This document shows positions 11,980-25,213 of a stretch of DNA of 64,000 nucleotides, one piece after another. This stretch comes from Octopus sinensis. Lineage: Eukaryota. Within the stretch, counting starts at the first letter, position 1. Every line of letters starts with the position of its first letter. The notes below the pieces were generated by a model. That model searched no databases, was not told the DNA's origin, and was given only the letters and a program-made list of their open reading frames with translations. Both the position numbers and the translations under genes were made by a program. The stretch covers positions 248,001 to 312,000 of the forward strand of contig NC_043016.1 in assembly GCF_006345805.1 (NCBI RefSeq), given 5' to 3'.

Positions 11980-13300
11980 CATCATCTTCATCATCATAAT
12001 CATCATCATCATATAATGTCTGTTTTCCTGCTGGCATGGGTTGAATGTTTTGACTGAAGCTGGCCAGCCGTTGAGCTGTCCAAGCTCCAGTTGTCCGTCT
12101 TGGCATGGTTTCTATGGCTGAATGCCCTTCATAATGCTAACCACTTTACAGAGTGTGTTGAGTGCTTTTTATGTGCCACTGGACAGGTGCATTTTATGTG
12201 GCATTAGCATGAGTGCATTGTATGTGGCACCAGTACGACTGCATTTTATGTGACATTGGCATTTGATTTAGGGAGTCGGGGCATGGCCGTAAAGGACATG
12301 CCTGTATGTATGGATGGGCATGGCTTTACTTGACGTGTCTTCTCAAGTACAGCAAATTTCCACAAGTCCCAGTCTGTTGTCATCTTCTCAGTGAAGCCAA
12401 GCATCTGAAGATCCTTTCTCACCACTTCGTCCCACATCTTCCTGGGACTACCCCTTCCACTGGTTTCTTCCACAATTAGAAATCAGTACATTTTTCAGCA
12501 GCTGTCTTCATCTATACTCATCAAATGAGTAAAGCTGGCAGAAACGTTAGCACGCCGGGCGAACTGCGTAGCCGTATTTCGTCTGCCGTTATGTTCCGAG
12601 TTCAAATTCCGCCGAGGTCGACTTTGCCTTTCATCCTTTTGGGGTCGATAAATTAAGTACCAGTTATGCACTGGGGTTGATGTAATTGACTTAACCCGTT
12701 TGTCTTTTCTTGTTTGTCCCCTCTGTGTTTAGCTCCTTGTGGGTAGTAAAGAAATAGTATTTTGTCTGCCGTTACGTTCTGAGGTCGACTTTGCCTTTCA
12801 TCCTTTCGGGGTCGATAAATTAAGTACCAGTTACACACTAGGGTCGATGTAATTAACTTAATCCGTTTGTCTGTCCTTGTATGTCCCTTCTGTGTTTAGC
12901 CCCTTGTGGATAGTAAAGAAATATATACTCATCAAATGACTATACCAGTGCAGTCTACTTTCTTGCACACAACCTTTGATGCCATCTTATATCCAGTTTT
13001 CATCTTAAATCATTTACACTCTGCCATATGTACACACTGAAATTACCCATCCTTTCAGTGCATGCTGGCTTCATTTCCTTCAAGCCTTCACGAGTTTTCT
13101 GTAGTGATAGCCTATGTTTCACTGCCATGTAGCATAGCTGTCTGTATACAGGTATCAAACAACCTACCCTTCACTCTGAGGGAGAGGCCATTAGTTGCCA
13201 ACATAGGTAGTAACACTCTGACCTTTGACCAGCCTGTTCTTAGTCTAGCCACTATACTTTCAGAACTTCCTCTTTCACTGCTATCATGGTCACCTAGGTA
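11980..13300 (-). mobile_element. 5'-truncated RTE-clade LINE (end of RT, 3'UTR and (GAT)n tail), interrupted by SINE B
   Basis: FCYLGD..SESIVARLRTGWSKVRVLLPMLATNGLSLRVKGRLFDTCIQTAMLHGSET; RLHWYSHLMSID; GRGSPRKMWDEVVRKDL..DWDLWK. The 3'UTR runs into family C sequence. Confidence 0.88.
12529..12923 (+). mobile_element. SINE family B with duplicated 3' half and 16-bp TSD
   Basis: gctggcagaaacgttagc..gagttcaaattcc..gaggtcgactttgcctttcatcc..gtaaagaaata. TSD tatactcatcaaatga at 12513-12528 and 12924-12939. Confidence 0.9.
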
Positions 13301-13909
13301 GCAGAAAGTGTGTGTGTGTGTAAGTGTGTTTTGTAATTTGCCCCAAAAGAAAAGGTAAAAAAAAAAAGAAAAGACGTTTTCCATCTCATCTTTTGCTCAT
13401 TTCTCTTAGAATTTACTAAATTTTTTCATTCCATATTTCATGTTAACTTTCAGTTCTTCACTTTTTAGGCATTTTCTTTTTCAGATTCATTTATTTTCCT
13501 TTGTTCATCAACAATGCATAAATAAAATTGATTGGTTCTATAGAATAGTTTCCATTCTGTTCTACAATTCATTGAACAAGCTATCAAAACAGCGCTGGGG
13601 ATTGTAAACTTAAATTACTTTGTGGAATACATATTGAAAAATTAAAAGAAGAAAGAATAAAAGCTTTGTTTTCTGTTTCTTCATGACCTTATGTGATAAA
13701 AAAAAAAGTGTGTGTGTGAAAGAAAACAGTATATATGTATGTATATGTTTATAAATGTATAGGTGAAGGTGTTGCTGTGTGGTACAAAATTTGCTTTCCA
13801 ACCACGTGGTTCCCGGGTTCATTCCTACCACATTCCACTCTATGGTGGCTTCTATAGTTTTGAGCCTTGTGATTGGATCTGGTTGACAGAATCTGAAAGA
13901 AGCTCATCT

Positions 13910-13987
<78 letters not shown>

Positions 13988-14006
13988 TATATACATATAT
14001 ACATAT

Positions 14007-14093
<87 letters not shown>

Positions 14094-14353
14094 TGCCTTT
14101 TGACTTGTGTCTGTTCCCTTCCAGTGCTTAGCAACCAGTGTTGGTTTATTTATGTCTCTGTAACTTTATGGGCTGGTGAAAGGTACCAAATGGAATAAGT
14201 ACCAGGTTTTAAATAAGTACTGGAGTTGATTCATTCAAATAAAACCCTTTTAAGGTGATGCCCTAGCATGGCCATAGTCCAATGACTGAAACAGGAAAAA
14301 GATAAAAGACATGTGTATATTTGTGTGTATGTATATGTGTTTATATATATATA

Positions 14354-14384
<31 letters not shown>

Positions 14385-14399
14385 CTATATATATATATA

Positions 14400-15100
14400 T
14401 ATGAAATACAAAATGGGACAAGAACACAAAACATCGAAATAGTTAGGCGATACAAAAAAAGGGACAACAAAACATCCAGATAGACAATACAAAGAAAACA
14501 GGGACGGGTCATTTGGAGTTTTCTTTCCTCAATCAAGTTCCAGATTATCTTTGCAATTTCAGCTGCTTATACTTGAGATTGCTCCAATCTGGCCAGCCCC
14601 AAGGAAAAACTAAGCTAAGAACATTAGATTCCTTAGAAGAAAGCAGCGAATGTATACGAAAACAAGCATCGAAAAAATGGAGAATGTTACACAAATACAA
14701 ATAGCAGGACATAACAACAGGTGTCTTTTGACTAAGGATGAATTAAATTAAGCTGGCGTGTGTGGAAGTAAAGCCTTATGGCATGGATACAATATTTCAC
14801 AGGCGGGAGGAATATAGATGTTGCACAGCCGGTGGCTGAACCAAGAAAGAAAGGTCAGGCTTGCACGAACACTGATCATGTGGGGAGAGAAGAGAGAGGT
14901 AGAGGCAGAGGGACAGAAGAAATAAGAAGGGGCAAGAAAAAATGACAGGGACACAGTGAAGTGAAGAGAGGAGGGAAAGTGAGCATGAAGAGAAGGCAAG
15001 GAAATGTGAGAGAGGGGGAATAAAAGAACAAAGCAAGCATGAAAGGGCTGATAGAAGGAAGGAAAGAATAAAAGAATAGTCATACAAGATTTAGATAAAT
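14400..15100. repeat. Unclassified insertion within (TA)n, possibly Penelope-like
   Basis: Purine-rich segment bounded by (TA)n on both sides, with no credible ORF. Confidence 0.35.
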
Positions 15101-15616
15101 ATATACTTATATATATATATATTTCTTTACTGCAGACGAAATACCTATTTCTTTACTGCTCACAAGGTCTAAACATAGAGGGGACAAGTAAGGACAGACA
15201 AAGGGATTAAGTCGATTATATTGACTCCAGTGCGAAACTGGTACTTTATTTATCGACCCTGAAAGGATGAAAGGCAAAGTCGACCTTGGCGGAATTTGAA
15301 CTCAGAATGTAACGACAGACGAAATACCGCTAAGCATTTTGCCTGGTGTGCTAACATGTCTGCTAGCTATATAAGAGACCAAAGTATACATATGCTGATA
15401 CACATTTTCTTTATTTTATACCTGTATCAATCATTAGACTATGGCCATATGGGTACCACCTTGAAGGGATTAGTCAAATGAATAAACCCTAGTAGTTTTT
15501 AAAATTTTGTTTAATCCTGGTATTCTATCAATCAGTTTTTGCTGAATCAATAAGTTTGGTGGGGGGGGGGGACATAAGCAAACTGGCACCAGTTGTCAAG
15601 CGGTGGTGGGAGACAA

Positions 15617-15653
<37 letters not shown>

Positions 15654-15824
15654 GTAAATATCTATATAAGTATATGTGCATGTATATAGATAAACATGCA
15701 TGGTATATATGCTTGTGTATATATGGCCTGGCTATAGTAGAAGGCACATGGCATCTGGCATTGAATTTTGAATACTATGTGGTTGGGAAACAAACTTCTT
15801 AGCACACAGCCACATCTACACCTT

Positions 15825-16250
15825 TATATATATGTATGTATGTATTTGCATATGTATATATATATGTATGTATTTACATATATATGTATGTATTTACATA
15901 TATGTATGTATTTACATATATATATGTATTTACATATATATATATGTATTTATATATTTACATTTATATATATTTGTATTTATATATTTACGTTTATATA
16001 TATATATATGTGTATTTATATATTTACATTTATATATATATATATGTGTATTTATATATTTACATTTATATATATATATATATGTATTTATATATTTACT
16101 TATATATATGTATTTATATAGTTACATATGTATATATATGTATGTATATATTTATATAGTTACATATGTATATATATGTATGTATATATTTATATTTACA
16201 TATATATATATGTATGTATATATTTATGCATATATATATGTGTATATTTG
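15825..16250. repeat. Compound (TA)/(TG) microsatellite with a tatttac(a/t)-based higher-order unit
   Basis: Recurrent tatttacatatatatg and tatttacatttatatat units. Confidence 0.9.
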
Positions 16251-18727
16251 CACACACATCCTATGGAATGGTTTACCCAGTGAATTTTGTGCTTTTCTTC
16301 CATCACTCAAAGTCACTCACGTGTGGCAGTGCATATGTTGTTGACCTCATAATACAATTAAGACTTAAACAAGGTGTCAGCTGTAAACACCTGATCACAT
16401 TTATTTTCACTGATGAGGTAATATGATAGCCAGGTAAATGAAAGGAAACAGTGTTTTACAGGTAAATTTAAAACTTTCAAACACTGTCATTTTACCCAGG
16501 TGCATAATAATATATCAGTAAGAGGTTCTTGACTTTTGACCTTTCTGCTAGAATTTTATACTGTGTGTGCACGTGCACGTGCACACACACACACATATAA
16601 TATGTGTGCATATATATATATATATATATTGTGTGTGTATGTAGGCACAGGTATGGCTGTGTGGTAAGAAGTTTGCTTTCCAGTCACATGGTTCTGGGTT
16701 CAGTCCCACTGCATTGCACCTTTTACTGTTGCCTCTGGTTAACTAAAGCCTTGTCAGTGGATTTTGGTAGACAAAAACTGAAAGATGCCCATTGTATATA
16801 TATGTACATATGTGTGTGTGTGTGTGTGTCTTTGTGTTTGCCTCACCACCACTTGACTACTGGTGTTGATGTATCTATGTCCCATAACTTAGCAGTTTGT
16901 GGCCTCACTGTTGCTGGTGCCAAGTAAAATGGTATCTAAGTTCACTCAGTAACATTGCTGGTGTTATGCATCTAATATAATCATGTATCTCCACTACTGT
17001 AAGACACCTATTTCCGTTCCCCAATCCATCATGTGGCACAAAACCACCTCTCTCAGTCGAGGGTTCTTTTCTTGTGAGTTACTTGGTGACCTCATTAATG
17101 TTGGTGCCATGTAAAAAAGCATTCAGTACACTCTTTTAAAATGGTTATTGTTCGGAAGGGCATCCACCTATAGAAACAGTGCCAAATCAGACAGTATTAC
17201 TTGGCACAGTCTTCTGACTTGCCAGTTCCTTTCAAATCATCCAACCCATGCCAGCACGGAAAGAGAATGCTGAACAATGATGATGATGAGGATGATGATG
17301 ACGATGATGATGATGATGATGATGTGTTTTGTGTGGAGTCGGAGCTGCAGTGTATATATCTTTTAAAAAAAGATTCTTCATTACTAATAGAAGCTTTTCG
17401 CACTTGGTTAATCACGGTGCCTAAATATAAATCCAGTGTTGAGTTAAAAGAGGCAACAGGGAAGCTTATTAGAAGGATGCTGCAGTTTAGCTTCCATTTT
17501 CGCTTTTGCTATTATTACTGTTTTTTTTTTATTATCTTACCTTTTTTTAAAACATTGTATTTTCTTTACCTTTTTTTTTTTATTTTCTTTCTTTGTTCTG
17601 AAATAAAGTTTCTCAGAAATTCTAGATTGTTGTTCTTAGTTAATGAGAACATTGATTCTTAGTTTGGGTTTTGGTGCAGGTGGGGGTTTTGTTTAACATT
17701 TGTATTACTACAACACTAACTACAACAACAACGAAATAATAATAATAATAATAATGATAATAATAATGGTAATAATAATAATATGAAGAAGAATGGTAAT
17801 AATAATAATAATAATAGTTTTTCTAATATAAGCACAAGGCTTGACACCTTGGCTGAGGGGCTAGTTGATTACATTGACGCCAGTGCGCAACTGGTACTTA
17901 TTTTATTGTCCCCAAGGGATAGAAGGCAAAGTCAGTCTTGGCGGAATTTAAACATAGAAGATAAAGTTGGATGATGTGTCACAAAACATTTTGTCTGTTG
18001 TGCTAACGAGTCTGCCAGCTTGCTTCCCTAATAATAATAATAATAATAATACAACTACTACTACTACTAATAATAATGTTAGTATTTTTAGTTGGTTGTA
18101 CATGCATAAGAAAACTAGTCTTTTTTTTTTACACACAGGAATATATGTTGTGTGTCTGTGTGGTATGTATCTGCACGCATTCACACACACACATGTACGC
18201 GCACACACACACAGGTGCAGGCTGTGTGTGACTGTATGGTAAGAAGTTTGCTTCTCACCCACATGGTTTTCGGTTCAATCCTATTACACGGTACCTTGGG
18301 CAAGTGTCTTCTGAAGCCACAGGTTTATGAAAGCCTTGTAAATGGATGTGGTTGAGGGAGACCGAAAATAAGTCCATCAAAGGTATATATGTGTGTGTAT
18401 GTGTGTGTGTGTTTATCTCTCACCACCTCTTGATAGATGGTGTTGGTCTGTTTACATTCCTGTAACTTAGCAGTTCAGCAAAAGAGACCAACAGGATAAG
18501 TATCAGGCTCTAAGAAAAAATGTACTAGGATCAGTCATTTCGACTAAAATGCTTCAAAGCAGTGCTCCAGTATGGACGCAGTCAATGACTGGTATAAGTA
18601 AATGAATCATAAATATGTGTGTGTGTATACATGTACACATACGTATGTGTAAACATGCACGCACACACGTGTGTGTATGTGCATGTATTTGTGTATATGT
18701 TTGTACAGATTAAGCATATATACATAT

Positions 18728-18893
18728 AGGCGTAGGAGTAGCTGTGTGATAAGTAGCTTTCTTATGAACCATGTGGTTCCAGGTTTAGTCCCGCTGCATG
18801 GCACCTTGGGCAAGTGTCTTCTACTATAGCCTCAGGCCGTCCAAAGACTTGTAAGTGGATTTGGTAGATGGAAACTGAAAGAAGCCCGTCGTA

Positions 18894-18949
<56 letters not shown>

Positions 18950-19165
18950 TGTGTGTGTGTATATATTTGTGTGTCTGTCCCCCCAACATTGCTTGACAGC
19001 CGTTGCTGGTGGGCTTACACCCCCCGTAACTTAGCGGTTCAACAAAAGAGACTGATAGAATAAGTACTAGGCTTACAAAGAATATGTTCTGGGTATTGAT
19101 TTGCTCGACTAAAGGTGGTGCTCCAGTATGACCTCAGTCAAATGACTGAAACCAGTAAAAGAGTA
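18728..19165 (+). mobile_element. SINE family A, full length
   Basis: aggcgtaggagtagctgtgtgataag head through gactgaaaccagtaaaagagta tail, with central (TA)n/(TG)n. Confidence 0.85.
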
Positions 19166-20379
19166 TGAAACTTATTGGATTGTCACCATCATGATTTACT
19201 GTTCGATTTTTATGCTGGTATGAGTTAGATGACTTGACAGGAGCTGGCAAGTCGGAAGACTGTGTGCCAAGTTCTTGTGTCTTGCCTTGGCAATGTTTAT
19301 ATGGCTACTGGCTTACCCTTGCTGATGCCCCCACTTTACAGAATGAATGTAAAGGGACAGAAATAGATCAGTTACATGGAAAATACTTCTTTCTTCACGG
19401 CCACATCTATTTCATGTTTTTTTTTATATGATCATAAATTGAATAAATATTTATTTACTCGTAAGTTTGTCAGAAATTCACAAGTAAACAAAATCAAATA
19501 GGAAGTCCCTATTGGAAATTAAATGTAAATCACCAAATAATTTGAGAGATTTCAACAGCATTTATTGAAATTGTAAACCCTCTCAAGTCTGCCCCCCCCC
19601 CCAACACACAAACACACATTTACACATTTCTTCCCAGTATTACAACATCAATAATTCTGTTATTGTATGCTTTTACATTGTCACTGTGTCGTATTACAAT
19701 GTAATTGGAAACGTGATAACGAAGGCTGTTGTAAATTGTCATTAATTAAAGAGAATGCTCCGCACCTTTACAGGAAATTAGAAATTAAGGATTGCTTTTA
19801 AAATTTTAGGTTGTTTCAGTTAAACCCAAGCGTGGCTGTGTGGTAAGTAGCTTGCTTCCCAGCCACATGGTTCTGGGTTCAGTCTCAGTATATGGCACTT
19901 CATCTAGTGTCTTCTACTGTAGCATTGAGCTGACCAAAGTCTTGTGAGTGGATTTGGCAGATGGAAACTGAAAGAAGCCTGTTGTATGTGCGTGTGTGTG
20001 TGTGTGTTTATCTCCTACCTTTGCTTGACAACCGGTGTTGGTGTATTTATGTCCCTGTAGCTTAGTAGTTCAGCAAAAGAAACTGATAGAATAAGTACCA
20101 GGCTTAAAAAAAAAAGTACTGGGATTGATTTGTAAGACTTAAAACCTTCAAGGTGGTGCTCCAGCAAGGCCACAGTCCAAGATAAAAGATAGCACAGTAT
20201 ATCTTTTCTGGCAGGGAATTGTTTGCATTTGGAAGAAGTAAAGAAACTATGGAAATAAGTAACTTCTTCATAACAGAACTGCTGCAGAATTTAATCTTAA
20301 AATCTTGATGATGACAAAATTTCTGAAACTGTCTTTGTTTCATCTGATTAGTTTAATAGCGCCAAACTGTACAAAACAG

Positions 20380-20614
20380 AAAGGTGGCGAGCTGGCAGAA
20401 ACCTTAGCACGCCGGGCAAAATGCTTAGCGGTATTTCATCTGCTGTTATGTTCTGTGTTCAAATTCTGCTGAGGTCGACTTTGCCTTTCATCCTTTTGGC
20501 GTCGATAAATTAAGTACCAGTTACGCACTGGGGTCAATGTAATTGACTTAATCCGTTTGTATGTCCTTGTTTGTCCCCTCTGAGTTTAGCCCCTTGTGGG
20601 CAGTAAAGAAATAA
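20380..20614 (+). mobile_element. SINE family B, full length, 16-bp TSD
   Basis: TSD aaactgtacaaaacag at 20364-20379 and 20615-20630. Other B copies near 1700, 15120, 23810, 24985, 25647, 49275 and 51515. Confidence 0.9.
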
Positions 20615-20914
20615 AAACTGTACAAAACAGTTTTATGATTCATTTAACCTTGTAGTATTCAAATCAATCATATCTAGCTCAAATATTCTATTTGTTTTAC
20701 ATTCAAACTATCCTGATCCAGCCTTTCACACCTACCTTACAATGTCATTTCTAAAATTAAACTATCACATCATTGAAATCCCAAAGCTATTGAGACAATG
20801 CATGAGTTATTCAAAATAATGTGAAGATATAAAGATTACATTTGAAGAGTAGTCTGAATGCTGAAGGATTAAACTCTTGTGAAATTTAACTTTATCAAAG
20901 AGAAAGAAAAATAA

Positions 20915-21120
20915 ACAAATGGAAAAGTTTAAGTATCTTGGGACAACATTAGTGAGTGATAGAGGGTAGGAAGCAAAATTGGATCTGGAATTGTAGGTAC
21001 TGGTACAGTAGTGTGCCATTTCCAGCATTTGATCCTCAGAAGAGGAGAGGTTGGTAAATAAGCCAAACTTGTTATCTTCAACTCTGTTTTTGTGTCTCTT
21101 CTCACCTACGGTCATGAATG
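20915..21120 (+). mobile_element. Small RTE-type RT fragment
   Basis: MEKFKYLGTTLVSDRG ... LTYGHE remnants. Confidence 0.5.
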
Positions 21121-22059
21121 ATATTTAATCCAGCCATATCAGGTCCAAATATTCTACCTGTTTTATGTTTAAACTGATCAGATCCTGCCTCTCACACCTA
21201 CCCTACAATGTCATTCTAAAAATGAGCACACCATTGAAATCTCAAATTTATGAGATAATGCGTAATTAATTGAAAATAATGTGAATAAATAAGAATAACA
21301 TTTGACAGAATAATCTGAATGCTAAAAGGTTAATGACTAAAAGAGTATGACTAAAAGGTAATGACTAACAGGGACTGAAAGATCTGTGAAATAACATTGC
21401 TTGATAGGGTTTGTAGGTTGGGGGGATCCGATAGTTCCTCAATGTCATGTCTATTTCTCCACATCGAGGGGTCACAAACCTTCTAATCAAAAGTCTGTAA
21501 CGTTATTATGGACTTTTGATTAGAATGTCAGAGAAAGAATCACAAGACAAATTCTTCAAATTGAGCCAACCAGCAGGAGACTAATAGGTAGACCAAAAAC
21601 GAAATTGTTGTAATAATATCTTTAGTCTTAACTTGGTCACACTTGGGAATCCAGCCAGAAAGTCTAATGATTGTTGCTTTTGATAGGACCCTATGGAGGA
21701 GGAGGTACCGAAGGACTCTTCTTCCATGAGCCTCCCAGGAATAGTGGGGAGAGAAGTTGGCTGGATGGTCTCCTGATACATGGAATGGATTTTAAGGCTT
21801 TCATAGAACTAAAAACGGTTGAGACACGCTAAGCTAGTCTTCAGGCTCATTCATCCGTTTATTTCTATAAGCTACAGATATATCAGTTTACTTTTTTACG
21901 ATGTTCTACTGACATAAAATTTGAGAATTCAGTAACTTAAAAAAATAAGACAAAAAAAAAAAAATTGACTTTGAAATATGAGAAAATAAAATGAATTTGT
22001 AATCATAAGTTTTATTTGACACTGTTGATCAATAACTAAAATACTGAACTCCTGAGAGC

Positions 22060-22868
22060 TCATCGTCATCATCATCGTCATCATCATCACCATTGTCATC
22101 ATCATCCTCATCATCATCACCATCACCATCCTCATCGTCATCATCATCATCACCATCGTCATCACCATCACCATCCTCATCGTCATCATCCTCATCATCA
22201 CCATCATCATCATCATCACCATCGTCATCACCATCACCATCCTCATCGTCATCATCATCATCACCATCACCATCCTCATCGTCATCATCATCATCATCAC
22301 CATCCTCATCGTCATCATCCTCATCATCACCATCATCATCACCATCACCATCCTCATCGTCATCATCATCATCATCACCATCCTCATCGTCATCATCCTC
22401 ATCATCACCATCATCATCACCATCACCATCCTCATCGTCATCATCATCATCACCATCACCATCCTCATCGTCATCATCATCATCATCACCATCGTCATCA
22501 CCATCACCATCCTCATCGTCATCATCCTCATCATCACCATCATCATCACCATCACCATCATCATCATCATCACCATCGTCATCACCATCACCATCCTCAT
22601 CGTCATCATCATCATCACCATCACCATCCTCATCGTCATCATCATCATCATCACCATCATCATCACCATCACCATCCTCATCGTCATCATCACCATCACC
22701 ATCACCATCCTCATCGTCATCATCATCATCATCACCATCATCATCACCATCACCATCATCATCATCATCACCATCCTCATCGTCATCATCATCATCATCA
22801 CCATCATCATCACCATCACCATCCTCATCGTCATCATCATCATCACCATCACCATCCTCATCGTCATC

Positions 22869-22899
<31 letters not shown>

Positions 22900-23406
22900 C
22901 CATCGTCATCACCATCACCATCCTCATCGTCATCATCCTCATCATCACCATCATCATCACCATCACCATCATCATCATCATCACCATCGTCATCACCATC
23001 ACCATCCTCATCGTCATCATCATCATCACCATCACCATCCTCATCGTCATCATCATCATCATCACCATCATCATCACCATCACCATCCTCGTCATCATCA
23101 TCACCATCCTCATCGTCATCATCATCATCACCATCGTCATCACCATCACCATCCTCATCGTCATCATCATCATCATCACCATCGTCATCACCATCACCAT
23201 CCTCATCGTCATCATCATCATCACCATCCTCATCGTCATCATCATCATCACCATCCTCATCGTCATCATCATCATCATCATCATCGTCATTATCATCCTC
23301 GTCATCATCACCATCACCATCCTCATTGTCATCATCATCATCACCATCCTCATCGTCACCATCATCATCATCATCACCCTCCTCCTCCTCCTCATCATCA
23401 TCATCA
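22060..23406. repeat. 1.35-kb compound trinucleotide array (TCA with CCA/TCC/TCG variants), the expanded tail of a family C element
   Basis: Runs directly into tttaacgtccattttccatact (family C 3' end) at 23407. Confidence 0.92.
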
Positions 23407-24984
23407 TTTAACGTCCATTTTCCATACTGGTATGGGTTGGAGAGTTTGATTGGAGCTGGTAAGCCAGAGAACTGTTCCAAGCTCTATTGTCTGTCTGCCT
23501 GCTTTGGCATGGTTTCCTACAGCTGGATGCCCTTCCTAATGTTGACCACATTATAGAGTGGACTGGGTGCTTTTATATTATATGTGGCACCAACAGCAGT
23601 GGGGTTGCCAAACAACTTGTGTAAGACACAATCCCTTGATTGATTGGAGGGAAGTGGTTTTGTGTCAGGTGATCATGGGTCTGATTATGAATAGAGGGAG
23701 AGAAATAGGTGTCTTGCAGTAGAGGAGATACATGATTACTCCGGTTTCCACTTTACAGAAAGTATTGGGTACTTTTTTACTTGGCACCAGCAAGGTTACC
23801 AAGTATCTTATTTCTTTATTGCCCACGAGGGGCTAAACATAGAGGGGACAAACAAGGACAAACAAAGGGATTAAGTCGTTACATCGACCCCAGAGCAAAA
23901 CTGGTACTTTATTTATCTACCCTGAAAGGATGAAAGGCAAAGTTGACCTCGGCGGAATTTGAACTCAGAACGTAACGGCAGATGAAATACCGCTAAGCAT
24001 TTTGCCCGGCACGCTAACATGTCTGCCAGCTCATATAAGTGAAGTGGAACCAAAGAATTTGATAGGGTGTGTGGGTGGGTAAGTTTTTGAGATTGTCAAA
24101 GGTGATTGGGAAGTGGAGGGGAAGACGGAAATGTTGAGTGGACATGAATGGAGGGAATGCAGTGTTTTATATTTAAAACAAGAGAGAAAAGATGTGACAG
24201 GAGTGCACTCAAGTTAGGTGACGTGGAACCAGGGATTTGTTAGGGTGAAAGGGTAAGTTTTTGAGATTGCGAAGTGGAAAGTGGAAGGGAAGAGAAATGT
24301 GGTGATTGGACACAAATAGAGGTGGCGCAGTATTTCATATTTAAAATTTCTCACCAATAATTTCTCACCAGGAGTGGCTGTGTGGTAAGTAGCTTGCTTT
24401 CCAACCACATGGTTCCAGGTTCAGTCCCACTGCATGGCACCTTGGGCGAGTGTCTTCTACTATAGCCTCAGGCTGAACAAAGCCTTGTGAGTGGATTTGG
24501 TAGAGGAAATTGAAAGAAGCCTGTCGTATATATGTATATACATATGTGTGTGTTTGTGTGTCTGTGTTTGTCCTCCCAACATTGCTTGACAAATGATGCT
24601 GGTGTGTTTACGTCCCTGTAACTTAGCGGTTTGGCAAAAGTGACTGATAGAATAAGTACTAGGCTTACAAAGAATAAGTCCTGGGATCGATTTCCTCAAC
24701 TAAAGGCGGCGGTGCTCCAGCATGGCCACCGTCAAATGACTGAAACAAGTAAAAGAGTAAAAAGAGTAGAGTAATAACAAAAGTGATAATTTCTAACCTT
24801 GAAGCAAGACCCTTTTATTGGAATTTAAACCACAGCAACTAAGTCATAATACAGCTATGTATATATATCATGGGTGAATGGCCTAGTGGTTAGAGTGTTG
24901 CACTCATGATCACTAAAATTGTGGTTTCAATTCCTGGACCAGGTAGTGCATTGTATTCTTGAGCATTTTAATGCATTGTATTCT

Positions 24985-25213
24985 TTAAGGCAACAAGCTG
25001 GCAGAAACGTTAGCACGCCGGGCGAAATGCTCAGCGGTATTTCGTCTGCCACTACTTTCTGAGTTCAAATTCCGCCGAGGTTGACTTTACCTTTCATCCT
25101 TTCTGCGTCGATTAAATAAGTACCAGTTACACACTGGGTCGATATAATCGACTTAATCCGTTTGTCCTTGTTTGTCTCCTCTGTGTTTAGCCCCTTGTGG
25201 GTAATAAAGAAAT
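24985..25213 (+). mobile_element. SINE family B nested in an older tRNA-type SINE (family F-like)
   Basis: Flanked by TSD tgtattctt. The host begins tggcctagtggttagagtgttg at ~24879. Confidence 0.8.

Noticed and set aside
14500-14610. Minus-strand GGCTGG..CAGCT-GAAA stem resembling a hammerhead half
   Set aside because: No CUGANGA-like core upstream of the stem in this copy.
16408-16455. CTGATGA...GAAAC as a hammerhead
   Set aside because: No stem II closes onto GAAA, and there is no stem I partner after a UH site.
21929-23556. Three ~490-aa ORFs (poly-Met, poly-Asp/Gly, poly-Ser/Pro)
   Set aside because: They are reading frames of a trinucleotide array attached to a retroelement tail, with no unique coding sequence.
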